64,000 bases of DNA from a virus, in IMG/VR virus record IMGVR_UViG_3300009159_008629, positions 1-64,000 of that record; one strand, given 5' to 3'. Both the position numbers and the translations under genes were made by a program. Below are positions 37,640-46,939 of the stretch, piece after piece (the first letter of the stretch is position 1; each line of letters begins with the position of its first letter). The notes beneath the pieces are model-generated. The model saw only the letters and a program-made list of their open reading frames with translations. It was not told the DNA's origin and did not search any database.

Positions 37640-40270
37640 TTACGTCTCCTTTGGGAATCTTATTTTGAGCTGGTCGTCTATCAACCTGATAGCGGCGTTG
37701 TAGTCGCCAGGAAGAGTCGTTGCCTTCTTCTCGATGATCTTCTTTTTAAGGTTGTTGAGGCTCTCCTCGTTCCTGCGCGTGATATAATATGGGTGGAACG
37801 CCAGGGCTAGGAATTCCTTTTTCTCCTTCAGTTGGTCCGGGTGATGTTCGGAAGCCATCTTGATGATCTCCGGTCTCGGACCATCTTCGGTCTCGGAGCC
37901 GACACCAGGCGTAGCCGCCGTTAGCTTCAGTCTCGGAGCCGCCATATTTATCGGCGAGGACGAAGAAGTCTGCGCGGGAGTTCTGTTCGCGTCCCTATCC
38001 ATGACGTTCCCGGACATGAAGTCTTGAACTATCGTGAGTTGGGAGAATTGGGTCAGCATCTGCGCCATCGTTTTCTTCTGGTTGACGACCGTGTCCAGCA
38101 CGTGTGTGGCTTCCCGCTCCAGTTCGTTGCCGACGATGCCTTTCTCGTCGTGTATCATCTCCTTCAGTAGCGTGTGCATGGCGTCAAGGAGGTTCATCTT
38201 CCTCGTGAATTTATCCTTGAACAGGTTAAGCAGGGCTGTCGTGGTTTCCCCGTGGGGTATGTTCCCGGACGTGTTGAGGCTGTCTGCCTCCTCAGCCTTG
38301 TCGATGAGGTGCTTTACGATGTTCCTCAGCTGATGTCCGCGGTACGGGAACACGAACCTTCCCGTTATTGGTTTCCTTCCACGCTCCGAAAGATGGTCCA
38401 GCTTGTCGTGCAGGTCGGAGCCGAATTCGATGTCGTCCTGGGATATGAGGGTCGTGGGCATGACCTGCGGAACTCCCATGCTTCCGTCTCTGGTTTTCCT
38501 GGTGCCGCCGCCATGCACGCTCTGCTGCAGGAGGTTCGTCGTCTCGTTCCTCGCGTACAGCTTCCTTCCGGATTTGGTGGACAGGGCGTCCTCGAGCAGG
38601 TTCCTCTCCATCTTGGCGACCACGATGTCGTGTATCTCCTTCACGTTACTCATGGCTATGGTGTGTTCCCAAGCCGTGACTCCTCTGCTATCGATCCTGA
38701 TCTGGGATATGCCTTCTACTATATCCTTGTACAGACCAGGATACTTCGGGTCCGAGTCCGGGTACTTTTTCATTTTCCCGAATATCCTCGCTATGGCTTC
38801 GTCGTATCCATTAGTTCCGAACTTGATGGATCTCTCTTTCGGCTTGTTCTGGTTCGGGTGGATCGAAGCGCCGCTCTGGTGTCCCGGTATAGCCTTGTCG
38901 TACTCGTCGTGGTCAAGCGGAACCTTGTCTTTCTTGTATCCCACCCTCCTTTCCATCCTGTCGTCGGGCTTGGCTTCCCTGTAGTACCTGGCTGGGTTGA
39001 GGTAGGGCATTTCTACTTCCACATCTTTGCCGTTCACCTTCACCGTCTTTTTGAAGACCGGCAGGTGCACTGATTGTTCTTTGTCCAGAGTTTTGCCCGC
39101 GCTGTCGGTTTGGTGTCCGGGTATCGGCGGACCCTTGATGTTTTTCAGGCTTTCGTCGCTCTTCTTTTTGTGTTCGAATTCCGCTTTGGCTATTTTCGTG
39201 ATGAATATGCCGTAGCTCCGCTTGTCGTAAATTTTAATCTTGTATTTTTTTCCATTGGGCTCGTTCACGTGCACCTCGCTCGATCCGTCCTCCTTCGTCA
39301 GCTTGGTGCCGTCTTCGAGCGAGACGTCGAAAGCCGGCATCGGACCCCTGAATTTTTCGAAAGGTATGATGTTGAAGAACTTGGATTTGTAAATATTGAC
39401 GAATTTTTCCGTCAGTTTCGTGTCGATGAAGTCTGTTTCCTTCCATCTTTCTATCTTGACCTCCTTCCCACCAGGTATGTTCTTGGTCTCGCCGGATTCT
39501 GGAAGGTCTCCGTATATCCTGTGGAAGTTGTCGGCGATGAGCTTGTGCACGGCTCTGGATATGGTTTTCGCGAGCGGCATCTGCATGCCGGCTGTTCCCC
39601 TCGGAAGCTTACCTTGTCCCGGGTGTGGTTTCGTTAGGTCGAAGCCGTATCTTCCGTGCGGGTGCTCGTCATTGTCGAGACCGATGGCGGAATGGGTTTC
39701 GCCCGCGGTCCTCTCGAGCTTGTGTGCAAGCCTGTTGATGAACGGCTTCGCGTCCACGTTGATCACTTTGGTACCGAACTTGAACGTGTACGTCCTCACT
39801 TGGTTTTCGTTCTCCGGCACGTCGCGCTTGACCCTCTCGACCATGTAGAACGCGAGGTTGTTCGCGACGTTGTTGCTGGCGTCATTGATCCTGCCCTTGT
39901 GCTTTTCCCTCCATTCCTTCCCGTAATCCCTCTTGATCTCTTGGACCATGTCTCTCGTGAAAAGACCGGGCTTGTCGTTGACGAGGTACTTGTTGTGCCT
40001 TCCGCTCTTGAGAGCCCTGTATATCTGCGTCTTCATTTCCTTGGATATCTGCCTCCTTGACCTTTCCCTTTCGGAAAGAGCCTTGTAGAGATCTCTGTTG
40101 TATCTCTGGAGGAGGGCGCTAGCCCATAGTTTTTGTCCCTCGTATTCGAACGGGAACTGGTAGAGGAACTCGAGGTCGTCCTTGTCGATCTTGACCGCGC
40201 CCCTCTCCACCGCCCCGTGGAGAGCCATTTCCAGCAGGTTTTTCTTTTCCAGATATTCAAGGAATCTCAT
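37640..40270 (-). CDS. Large basic orphan protein with N-terminal MRFLEYLE motif
   Basis: 876-aa ORF; GGTGG RBS; CTATATAG upstream. Confidence 0.8.
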   Translation of the reverse strand: MRFLEYLEKKNLLEMALHGAVERGAVKIDKDDLEFLYQFPFEYEGQKLWASALLQRYNRDLYKALSERERSRRQISKEMKTQIYRALKSGRHNKYLVNDKPGLFTRDMVQEIKRDYGKEWREKHKGRINDASNNVANNLAFYMVERVKRDVPENENQVRTYTFKFGTKVINVDAKPFINRLAHKLERTAGETHSAIGLDNDEHPHGRYGFDLTKPHPGQGKLPRGTAGMQMPLAKTISRAVHKLIADNFHRIYGDLPESGETKNIPGGKEVKIERWKETDFIDTKLTEKFVNIYKSKFFNIIPFEKFRGPMPAFDVSLEDGTKLTKEDGSSEVHVNEPNGKKYKIKIYDKRSYGIFITKIAKAEFEHKKKSDESLKNIKGPPIPGHQTDSAGKTLDKEQSVHLPVFKKTVKVNGKDVEVEMPYLNPARYYREAKPDDRMERRVGYKKDKVPLDHDEYDKAIPGHQSGASIHPNQNKPKERSIKFGTNGYDEAIARIFGKMKKYPDSDPKYPGLYKDIVEGISQIRIDSRGVTAWEHTIAMSNVKEIHDIVVAKMERNLLEDALSTKSGRKLYARNETTNLLQQSVHGGGTRKTRDGSMGVPQVMPTTLISQDDIEFGSDLHDKLDHLSERGRKPITGRFVFPYRGHQLRNIVKHLIDKAEEADSLNTSGNIPHGETTTALLNLFKDKFTRKMNLLDAMHTLLKEMIHDEKGIVGNELEREATHVLDTVVNQKKTMAQMLTQFSQLTIVQDFMSGNVMDRDANRTPAQTSSSSPINMAAPRLKLTAATPGVGSETEDGPRPEIIKMASEHHPDQLKEKKEFLALAFHPYYITRRNEESLNNLKKKIIEKKATTLPGDYNAAIRLIDDQLKIRFPKET

Positions 40271-40306
40271 TTTTAGTCACCACCAAATAGATTGAAACGG
40301 TTATGT

Positions 40307-40314
40307 CTATATAG
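40307..40314. promoter_or_regulatory. Palindromic CTATATAG, candidate bidirectional late promoter
   Basis: Lies between divergent genes 40270(-) and 40319(+); CTATATA ends 5 nt before ATG 40319. Confidence 0.5.
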
Positions 40315-40318
40315 TATT

Positions 40319-41191
40319 ATGGACAACAATATGTTATATATACCGCAACCATCGTCGGAACAATACAAGTGTCTTTCCGAGTGCGGCGGCTGCACCGACC
40401 TTGGTCCCACGGACCCGCTCGTCAAGATAGGTCCGAGGAAATCGAGGCTCAAGGTGCGGGAGCAGATAAGGGAATACGTACTCACGATGCTTGGCGCACC
40501 CGTCATAACGATAGAGCTGGACGAGCAGCAGGTGAGCAACTCGATAGACTTCGCTCTCCAGATATTCGAGGAGTATGCCCCGATGGAATACTTCCAGTAC
40601 TACACCTTCTTCACGGTCCCCGGTCAGTCGGTATACGAGATGCCGAACGACGTGGGCTACATAAGGCAGGTCTCCTACAAGGAAACGGCTCAGTACGCGT
40701 TTTCCGCGTCAGACCTCGGCGGCGTGATACCTTTGGAGTACATGGGCGCCGGGGCTTACGGGAGCATAGCCGGCGGCATCAACCCGCAGTCGCCCGTATG
40801 GGGCAAAATGAACGAGTGGGTCCTCTACAAGCAATACGAGGACATGTACAACAGAGCAAGCGGTCAGCAGGGCGGATGGGAATGGCTCGGCGGATACAAC
40901 ACGATAAAGGTGTATCCTTCCCCATACAGGGTTTATCCCGTAATGGTCAGGTATCTCCAGAAGAGACCCGACTTCAAGCAGGTCACCCAGGCTATGCAGG
41001 AGGGGTCCCTTGCGTTCGCGAAGATAATACTCGGCAGGATACGGAGCAAGATATCGAACCCTCCCGGTCCGAACGGCGGCGTACAGCTAGACGGACAGCA
41101 GATACTGCAGGAGGGTCTGGACGAGAAGAAGGATTGGGAAGAGAAGCTTCTCAACAAGTTCGGGGACATCCTCGGACCATCTATGGGATAA
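40319..41191 (+). CDS. Neck protein (T4 gp13-like)
   Basis: YVLTMLGAPVITIELDEQQ and LGRIRSK..PGPNGGVQLDG. Confidence 0.85.
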   Translation: MDNNMLYIPQPSSEQYKCLSECGGCTDLGPTDPLVKIGPRKSRLKVREQIREYVLTMLGAPVITIELDEQQVSNSIDFALQIFEEYAPMEYFQYYTFFTVPGQSVYEMPNDVGYIRQVSYKETAQYAFSASDLGGVIPLEYMGAGAYGSIAGGINPQSPVWGKMNEWVLYKQYEDMYNRASGQQGGWEWLGGYNTIKVYPSPYRVYPVMVRYLQKRPDFKQVTQAMQEGSLAFAKIILGRIRSKISNPPGPNGGVQLDGQQILQEGLDEKKDWEEKLLNKFGDILGPSMG

Positions 41192-41206
41192 AAACAAGGT
41201 GGCGCG

Positions 41207-41752
41207 ATGACAGATTACAACACATGGCTGTTGAGGAAGAACCAGGAACTCCACTCGAAATACATCGAGTGCCGCGAGGAACTGCTCGGCTTGGTCTCCA
41301 GGGAATTCAGCAAGAAAATAGTGACGGAATCCGCCCAGGCTTCCAGGTACAGCATCCACGTAGACTATCGTACCGACATGGAGGAGGTCTTGGTCTCCTT
41401 CGCGAAGCTCGTCCTCGGCTACGTGAGCGCCGGGCTGAAGAAGATGAGTTTCCACACCAAGCACGTGTTCGACGAGAAGCCCCTTAGGCTTCTGGTCTCA
41501 TCGAGGAACTGGGATGACGGCGAATGGGTCGGCATAGTTTCGTGGAGCGAGAAGGATCGTTGTTTCCTTGTGTCCAAGGGCTATTACAACAAGGACAGGA
41601 AGACCGTCTCGGTCAAGTCCACGAACAAGTGCCCGGGAACGGCGTCCGACATCACGAAGGACGTCAGCAACATGATGCACCACCTCAAGACGCAGCCGGA
41701 CAGGCATGTCGAGAAACTGAAGCCCGTGCCTCTCAAGAGGGGTCCTAAATGA
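41207..41752 (+). CDS. Hypothetical protein (MTDYNTWL N-terminus)
   Basis: 181 aa; AAGGTGG RBS. Confidence 0.7.
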   Translation: MTDYNTWLLRKNQELHSKYIECREELLGLVSREFSKKIVTESAQASRYSIHVDYRTDMEEVLVSFAKLVLGYVSAGLKKMSFHTKHVFDEKPLRLLVSSRNWDDGEWVGIVSWSEKDRCFLVSKGYYNKDRKTVSVKSTNKCPGTASDITKDVSNMMHHLKTQPDRHVEKLKPVPLKRGPK

Positions 41753-41813
41753 TCTGCGATAACTGCAAGGAACACACGGATTCCGAGATTTGCCGCGCCT
41801 GCGGCTCATGGGT

Positions 41814-43136
41814 CTACATCCTCGAGTCCTTGCGGAGGTATATCACGCTTTCCCGCAGGAACTCCTTGTAGTCCGCCGTCCTGGCGCATTGCTGCGAACT
41901 TGTCACTATCAACCTCGCCACCTCTATCTCTTCCACCACGAAGCCGCGGCGTTCCGCGTGTTTCGCGAGCAGCAGGTCAGTCGGAACGACTATGCCGCCG
42001 TAAGCCGAGTTGCTGACGGTTATCACGCAGAAGCCCCCGGGCTGAATGGCGGAATGCAGGTCGTCTATGACCTTGAACATGTCGACGAAATAGGACAGCA
42101 CCATGTCGGGTATCTTCTCGTCGCACATGTCGGATGATCTGAGGTCTGAAACCAATTCGGAAAGCTCAGGCTCCTCGTCCGGGCACGCGGAGTTCATCTT
42201 GACGTTTGGGTTCTTCAGGTGAGACCTCAGCGACTCGCACCTAAGGAGCTTCAGGTCCTCGTACCTTTTGACGAACCCTCCCATCCAGAGCTCCACCTTG
42301 TAGATCTCTGTGTAGTTGAAGCAGTTGGCGTAAGGCGGCGAGAATATGGCGCCTCCGATCGATTCCGCCCCCATGTGGTCGGTCATGCGCAGAGCCGTGT
42401 CGCAGACCACGTTCGGCTCGCGCCAGCCGATCCCTATGGCGTAGTCCATGTCGGAAATCATTTCGTCCATCTTCGACTCGAGTATGGAGCGCGCCCTCGC
42501 GGCGTCCGGCACCGGGAAGTTGGAGGCTTTCCTTTTCCTTATGCCGTTCCCGTCTTTCCTGAAAGGCGAGCAGTCCTCCAGTATCGACAGCCATGCCAGC
42601 TTAGCCAGATCGATCGATTTCTCGGATACACCTTCCGAATCCTCTATGGCTCTCCTGCACCTCAGGAGGAACTCAAGGGAGTCGGGAGCGAAAAGGTTGT
42701 CTATTATTTCGAGAGATGGTTTGCCGCACGGTTCGAATTTCTCGACGCCAGTCGAAATCACGTTCCGTATGTGCTCGAGACCGGACTTGTCATCCTTGGA
42801 ATAGTTCCTCGTCTTCACCCTGGACAGCAGGCATGCGAACGGGTTGACCTCGAACCCCATCGAATCCAGACCCATGCGCTTGGCTTCAAGGAGGGTGCTC
42901 CCGGAACCGCAGAAAGGGTCAAGTATGATTTTGTTACCTTCCGTTCCGTACCTTTGTATTATTCCACGAACTAGGCTGGTAGAATATCCTTCCCTGTACC
43001 TGTACCATCTCTGTATCGGGGTTGACATGTCGTCGGTGTAGTTCACTGGCGACCTGTATGTCGCCCCGGCGATTTTCTGGAAGGACACGTTGAGCGAGGA
43101 ATTGATCGACTTGAGGTTTCGGTTCGAAAGGCTCAT
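41814..43136 (-). CDS. Orphan DNA methyltransferase (N4-C-like, FxGxG before SPPY)
   Basis: WYRYREGYS, LDPFCGSGST and FSPPY; ATGA-coupled to the upstream gene. Confidence 0.85.
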   Translation of the reverse strand: MSLSNRNLKSINSSLNVSFQKIAGATYRSPVNYTDDMSTPIQRWYRYREGYSTSLVRGIIQRYGTEGNKIILDPFCGSGSTLLEAKRMGLDSMGFEVNPFACLLSRVKTRNYSKDDKSGLEHIRNVISTGVEKFEPCGKPSLEIIDNLFAPDSLEFLLRCRRAIEDSEGVSEKSIDLAKLAWLSILEDCSPFRKDGNGIRKRKASNFPVPDAARARSILESKMDEMISDMDYAIGIGWREPNVVCDTALRMTDHMGAESIGGAIFSPPYANCFNYTEIYKVELWMGGFVKRYEDLKLLRCESLRSHLKNPNVKMNSACPDEEPELSELVSDLRSSDMCDEKIPDMVLSYFVDMFKVIDDLHSAIQPGGFCVITVSNSAYGGIVVPTDLLLAKHAERRGFVVEEIEVARLIVTSSQQCARTADYKEFLRESVIYLRKDSRM

Positions 43137-43876
43137 TTCTTCTTTTTCCGATTCCTGCTCATCTCGCCGACCTTGGCGCAGGCTTCCATGTATCCGTCTA
43201 TGTTCTCCCCGGCGTCCATCCACCAGCCCTTGACCTTTATGGCTTTTAGCATCTTGAGCTTCAGGTACATGTTGTTTAGGTCGGTTATCTCAAGCTCGTT
43301 CCGCGAAGACGGCGAAAGGCTCGTTATGAGGTTCCACACGGACGAGTCGTACATGTACAGACCCGTCGCCACGCTGTTGGTCTTCGGGTTCTTCGGCTTT
43401 TCCTCTATTGAGGTCACGTTGCCCTTGGCGTCGAAATCGACTACGCCGTAGTGCTGCGGGTTCTTGACCTTCGTGACGAATATCCTGGCTCCAGTCGGAT
43501 CACCCTCGAAATCAGACACCGCGTCCCCGAAATGGTTCTCGAAAAGGTTGTCCGCCAGAACCACGGCTATAGGGCTGTTGTCCGCCCAGTCTTGTGCCAA
43601 GCTCAGCGCGTCGGCTATGCCCCTCGGCTCCGACTGGTACGTGTAGTGCAGGTGCTTGAGCCCGAACTCCTCGCCGTTGCCGAGTATCCTCAGGAACTCC
43701 CCGGCTGCGTTGCCGCCGCAAACTATGAGTATGTCCTTTATGCCGCTCTCGACCATCGAGTTTATCGGATGGTATATCATCGGCTTGTCGTACACCGGGA
43801 GAAGGCACTTGTTCGTCACCTTCGTGAGTGGGTGCAACCTCGTCCCTAGACCGCCTGCAAGTATTACGCCTTTCAT
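43133..43876 (-). CDS. rmlA: Glucose-1-phosphate thymidylyltransferase (RmlA/SpsI-like)
   Basis: GVILAGGLGTRL.P.T...NK.LLPVYDKPMI, Q..P.GIA.A, EEKP, R.ELEITD and W.DAG. Confidence 0.85.
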   Translation of the reverse strand: MKGVILAGGLGTRLHPLTKVTNKCLLPVYDKPMIYHPINSMVESGIKDILIVCGGNAAGEFLRILGNGEEFGLKHLHYTYQSEPRGIADALSLAQDWADNSPIAVVLADNLFENHFGDAVSDFEGDPTGARIFVTKVKNPQHYGVVDFDAKGNVTSIEEKPKNPKTNSVATGLYMYDSSVWNLITSLSPSSRNELEITDLNNMYLKLKMLKAIKVKGWWMDAGENIDGYMEACAKVGEMSRNRKKKK

Positions 43877-44322
43877 GGTTTCCCGCCAATTTCCATTCGC
43901 ATGTGGGTTCCGGATTTGTTGAACCCAAGATTATCATAGTATTCCGCCATGCTTTCGTCGCAGTCGAGGATCGCCTTGTAGCATCCGGACGACTCGGCTT
44001 CCTCGACAAGCCTTCTGACGATCGCCTTGCCGACTCCGAGACCACGTTTGCCAGGCAGCACCGCGACGTCCTCTATGTGCGCCACCCTGCCGCCGCCGTG
44101 TATGAACTTCTGCTCCAGAACAACGGTGCCGCAGCCTATGACGGTTCCCGATTCTACGGCTACGAATATGTTGATGTTGGGCGGCATTGATGCCAGTATG
44201 AACGAAGCCTGGTCCGGCGAAAGACCGGTAGGTCTAAGAGATCCGATTGTTTCGAGGAATCCCATGTAGAGGTGCTTGTTCTCCAGGCGGGTCACGACTA
44301 AATTTTCTTCTTGATGAACCAT
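43873..44322 (-). CDS. GNAT acetyltransferase, glucosamine-6-phosphate N-acetyltransferase (GNA1)-like
   Basis: EQKFIH..G...HIEDVAV...RG.GVG and GCYK.ILDC....YY...GF. Confidence 0.75.
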   Translation of the reverse strand: MVHQEENLVVTRLENKHLYMGFLETIGSLRPTGLSPDQASFILASMPPNINIFVAVESGTVIGCGTVVLEQKFIHGGGRVAHIEDVAVLPGKRGLGVGKAIVRRLVEEAESSGCYKAILDCDESMAEYYDNLGFNKSGTHMRMEIGGKP

Positions 44323-44807
44323 GCGTATGGCGACACCCCACAAAGGTTTGATGTTCCGCAGACCTCGCAGTAAGCCTTGTGGTACTGGAGGTAGTGCTGC
44401 GCGAATATGTATTTATTATACCATCCGTGGCGACCGTAGACGTTGACGCAGAAGAATTGGTCGTCGGTCATGTCGGATATTATGAAGAAGTGACCCTCGA
44501 CCTTCTTGGGTCGCAGAAGGTAGCTTGACTTCATCACCACGATAGACTTGGACTCGATGGATTCCTCTATCGAGGCTATGGTCGGCAGATTCTTCTGCAG
44601 GACGGAGGTGTTCTTGATGTTGTCGAGGCATTTCTGGAAGGAATACTGGTGCGTCCCGTCTTTCGTGCACTTGCATTTCTGGCTCAAGAACTTGTAGTCT
44701 TTCTTGTAGTTCACCTGCAAGCCAGCCCATTTCATGACATTCAGTATTGCTATAGGACCACAAGAATATTCGTTTCTTTGGGCTATCCACCGAATGTTGT
44801 TCATCAT
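44298..44807 (-). CDS. Stand-alone C39-like cysteine peptidase
   Basis: QRNEYSCGP (Q..C), GT and GHF. Confidence 0.65.
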   Translation of the reverse strand: MMNNIRWIAQRNEYSCGPIAILNVMKWAGLQVNYKKDYKFLSQKCKCTKDGTHQYSFQKCLDNIKNTSVLQKNLPTIASIEESIESKSIVVMKSSYLLRPKKVEGHFFIISDMTDDQFFCVNVYGRHGWYNKYIFAQHYLQYHKAYCEVCGTSNLCGVSPYAWFIKKKI

Positions 44808-44836
44808 GAAACCTCATTTGCTTGGATTTGAATTGG

Positions 44837-44874
44837 CAAGTTATCTATTTTGATGTCTCAAAATAAATAACTTG
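44837..44874. other. 17-bp inverted repeat containing TAnATA boxes in both arms
   Basis: CAAGTTATCTATTTTGA-TGTC-TCAAAATAAATAACTTG with one mismatch. Confidence 0.7.
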
Positions 44875-44922
44875 TTTATCCAAAATTTCAAGAAACCTTC
44901 ATGATGTACATTGGTACAGCAT

Positions 44923-45357
44923 CTAGTTCGTAATGATCTCGACGCCGTCAACTGGGTTTTCGGTCAGGAGCACATCGTGCTTATGCTTGTTTTCGGTTGA
45001 GTCGTGGAGTTTTTGGGTGGCGGACATTTCATCCACCACATGTTCCACTTTTCCCTTGGACGTGACGATGTCTGGTTGGTCGAGTATGAGTTTGCTTTCG
45101 TTCATTTCTTTTTTCTCCTCTTGTTTGATCTCGGATATAAACCGAAGCATGTTGTGCGGAGCCTTGACAAGCATCATGAAGTAGCTGTCGCCCTCGAATC
45201 TCTCTTTTGGGGCAATTGTCTTCTTGCCCTGGTTGGTAGGCTTCGGGAGGTTGAGATGTCCGCTGGTATTGTTCTCGTATATATAAAGCCCAGTCCCCCT
45301 TAAATTGTCCTGCATTTTTTTCAATCTTTCTTCGCTGGTCATTCTGTTTCTCTTCAT
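44923..45357 (-). CDS. Hypothetical protein
   Basis: 144 aa; AGGA RBS. Confidence 0.7.
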   Translation of the reverse strand: MKRNRMTSEERLKKMQDNLRGTGLYIYENNTSGHLNLPKPTNQGKKTIAPKERFEGDSYFMMLVKAPHNMLRFISEIKQEEKKEMNESKLILDQPDIVTSKGKVEHVVDEMSATQKLHDSTENKHKHDVLLTENPVDGVEIITN

Positions 45358-45487
45358 TTTGGTTTCCTGTTTTCTTGAGTGCTGGGCATTGATACACTAT
45401 CATAGTCTGTTTGAGGCAATAGTTTTAAGTTATTCTGGGCGCGTTACTATTTTACAGTCAACATGGCGGTTCACGCCGGAGGTATAA

Positions 45488-45805
45488 ATGAAAAACTGGA
45501 CTGAGGTTTATCCGCAGGGAAGCAAGGAGGGCGATGAGGAGCAGGGTTTCTTCATAGCCGTATCCAGGCATCCGAAATGGACTTGGCGGAGTGTCGCCCA
45601 GATTTCCAAGGAAGCCAACCTTTCCAAGCAGAGGGTCGAGGAGATCATCCAAAAGTACCACAAGAGGGGCATGGTCATACAATGTCCGTCCAACGAGGAC
45701 ATGTGGGGTTACTGGGAGAACCACAAGGAAATGCTACCGAAGAAGCGCAAGTCGTCCACCGAAGAGGACCACGACAACCGCCTTGATTCCGCTAAGGCAT
45801 GGTAA
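45488..45805 (+). CDS. Hypothetical wHTH-like protein
   Basis: GGAGGT RBS; WRSVAQISKEANLSKQRVEEII. Confidence 0.65.
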   Translation: MKNWTEVYPQGSKEGDEEQGFFIAVSRHPKWTWRSVAQISKEANLSKQRVEEIIQKYHKRGMVIQCPSNEDMWGYWENHKEMLPKKRKSSTEEDHDNRLDSAKAW

Positions 45806-45844
45806 AAAAGCAAGACCCCCTTTCGGGAGTCTTGCTTTTTTTTC
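45804..45844. terminator. Bidirectional intrinsic terminator
   Basis: AAAAAGCAAGACCCCC-TTTC-GGGAGTCTTGCTTTTT between convergent genes. Confidence 0.8.
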
Positions 45845-45862
45845 CAGTTCCGTCATTTTAAT

Positions 45863-46111
45863 TTAATCCATGTGGTCATGGTTTTTATAAGTGAACTGTC
45901 CGTGATCCACCTTGTCGTCATCGACCTTTTTGCCCATCTTTTGGATGGCGTCAGCCGATGTTGGCATGAAGTAGGCTGCGGGGTAGTGGCTTCTGATGTA
46001 TGCGTCCGGGTAAGCCCAGCTCATAATGCCGCCCCTAGTCGTCTTCTCGGTCAAGTCGTAAACGGGCAATTCTTTCTTGGTTACTTCGCAGAATTTGATA
46101 AAAGACTTCAT
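45863..46111 (-). CDS. Small protein with N-terminal MKSFIKFCE motif
   Basis: GAGG RBS; CTAGATA at 46170-46176. Confidence 0.7.
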   Translation of the reverse strand: MKSFIKFCEVTKKELPVYDLTEKTTRGGIMSWAYPDAYIRSHYPAAYFMPTSADAIQKMGKKVDDDKVDHGQFTYKNHDHMD

Positions 46112-46297
46112 GTTTAACCTCTTTGCTATGTTTGAAAACTGACTTAAGCCAGCTTAAGGTCATATGTCCTATCTAGAGCCCTGACCTTAAAATTTCTCAA
46201 AATATTATGCTGCCTATCGTTGGTTTGATCTTTAACAATCAAATGCAATCGTCTATATTGACCACCATATCAACTGGTTAATCTGGCGGTGCGAAGT

Positions 46298-46939
46298 ATG
46301 TATGAACACAAAGTGGAATTTTTTCCCGTAAACTCCAAAATAAATGGCGAGATATCCGATGAATTCTCCAAGATATGCCTGTTCTGCGGGAAGGAGGTTT
46401 CGATAAGCCAGTCCAACTTGCGAAAGATGCCAAGGTCGCTTGTCGAAAACGATTTCTTCTGCCGGTTCTGCAACCTAAGAAGGAATTCGCTGCCGAGAAC
46501 TTTCGTGTTCTCACTCAAGGCTCTGATACACCATTACCATGAAATTTTCTACCTCAAGGGAACGCAGCTTTGGGCATCGCAGATAGAGGAAATGGTCGAG
46601 CAGCACAGGATTTCCGGTCTAAGGAACTCGTCGATGGACTACGACGACGAGAGCTTCAACTGGTTCGTGGATTCCTCGCTGGTCGGGGAAGGTGACGAAA
46701 AGGTCGGGATCGACGAGGTCTACAAGAGCATCATAGAGATGATCTCCTGCTTCAACATGTGGAACTTCGGAATCGACCAGTTATTGGTGTTCAGGCAGAC
46801 AAAAGAGGCGATGTCGTCGTTCCATGGCTGGACCGGCGATTCGCCGATGGTGTTCATGCCGCCTCCGTCAAGCCTAAAGGTGGTTTGCGCGGCAGCCAGA
46901 AACATGAGGCGTTCGGACATCTGCCCGAGGTCATCCTAG
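46298..46939 (+). CDS. Hypothetical protein with two CxxC motifs
   Basis: CLFCG and CRFC. Confidence 0.65.
   Translation: MYEHKVEFFPVNSKINGEISDEFSKICLFCGKEVSISQSNLRKMPRSLVENDFFCRFCNLRRNSLPRTFVFSLKALIHHYHEIFYLKGTQLWASQIEEMVEQHRISGLRNSSMDYDDESFNWFVDSSLVGEGDEKVGIDEVYKSIIEMISCFNMWNFGIDQLLVFRQTKEAMSSFHGWTGDSPMVFMPPPSSLKVVCAAARNMRRSDICPRSS

Noticed and set aside
40369-41487. 372-aa Arg-rich ORF overlapping the gp13-like gene
   Set aside because: Shadow frame caused by GC-rich third codon positions.
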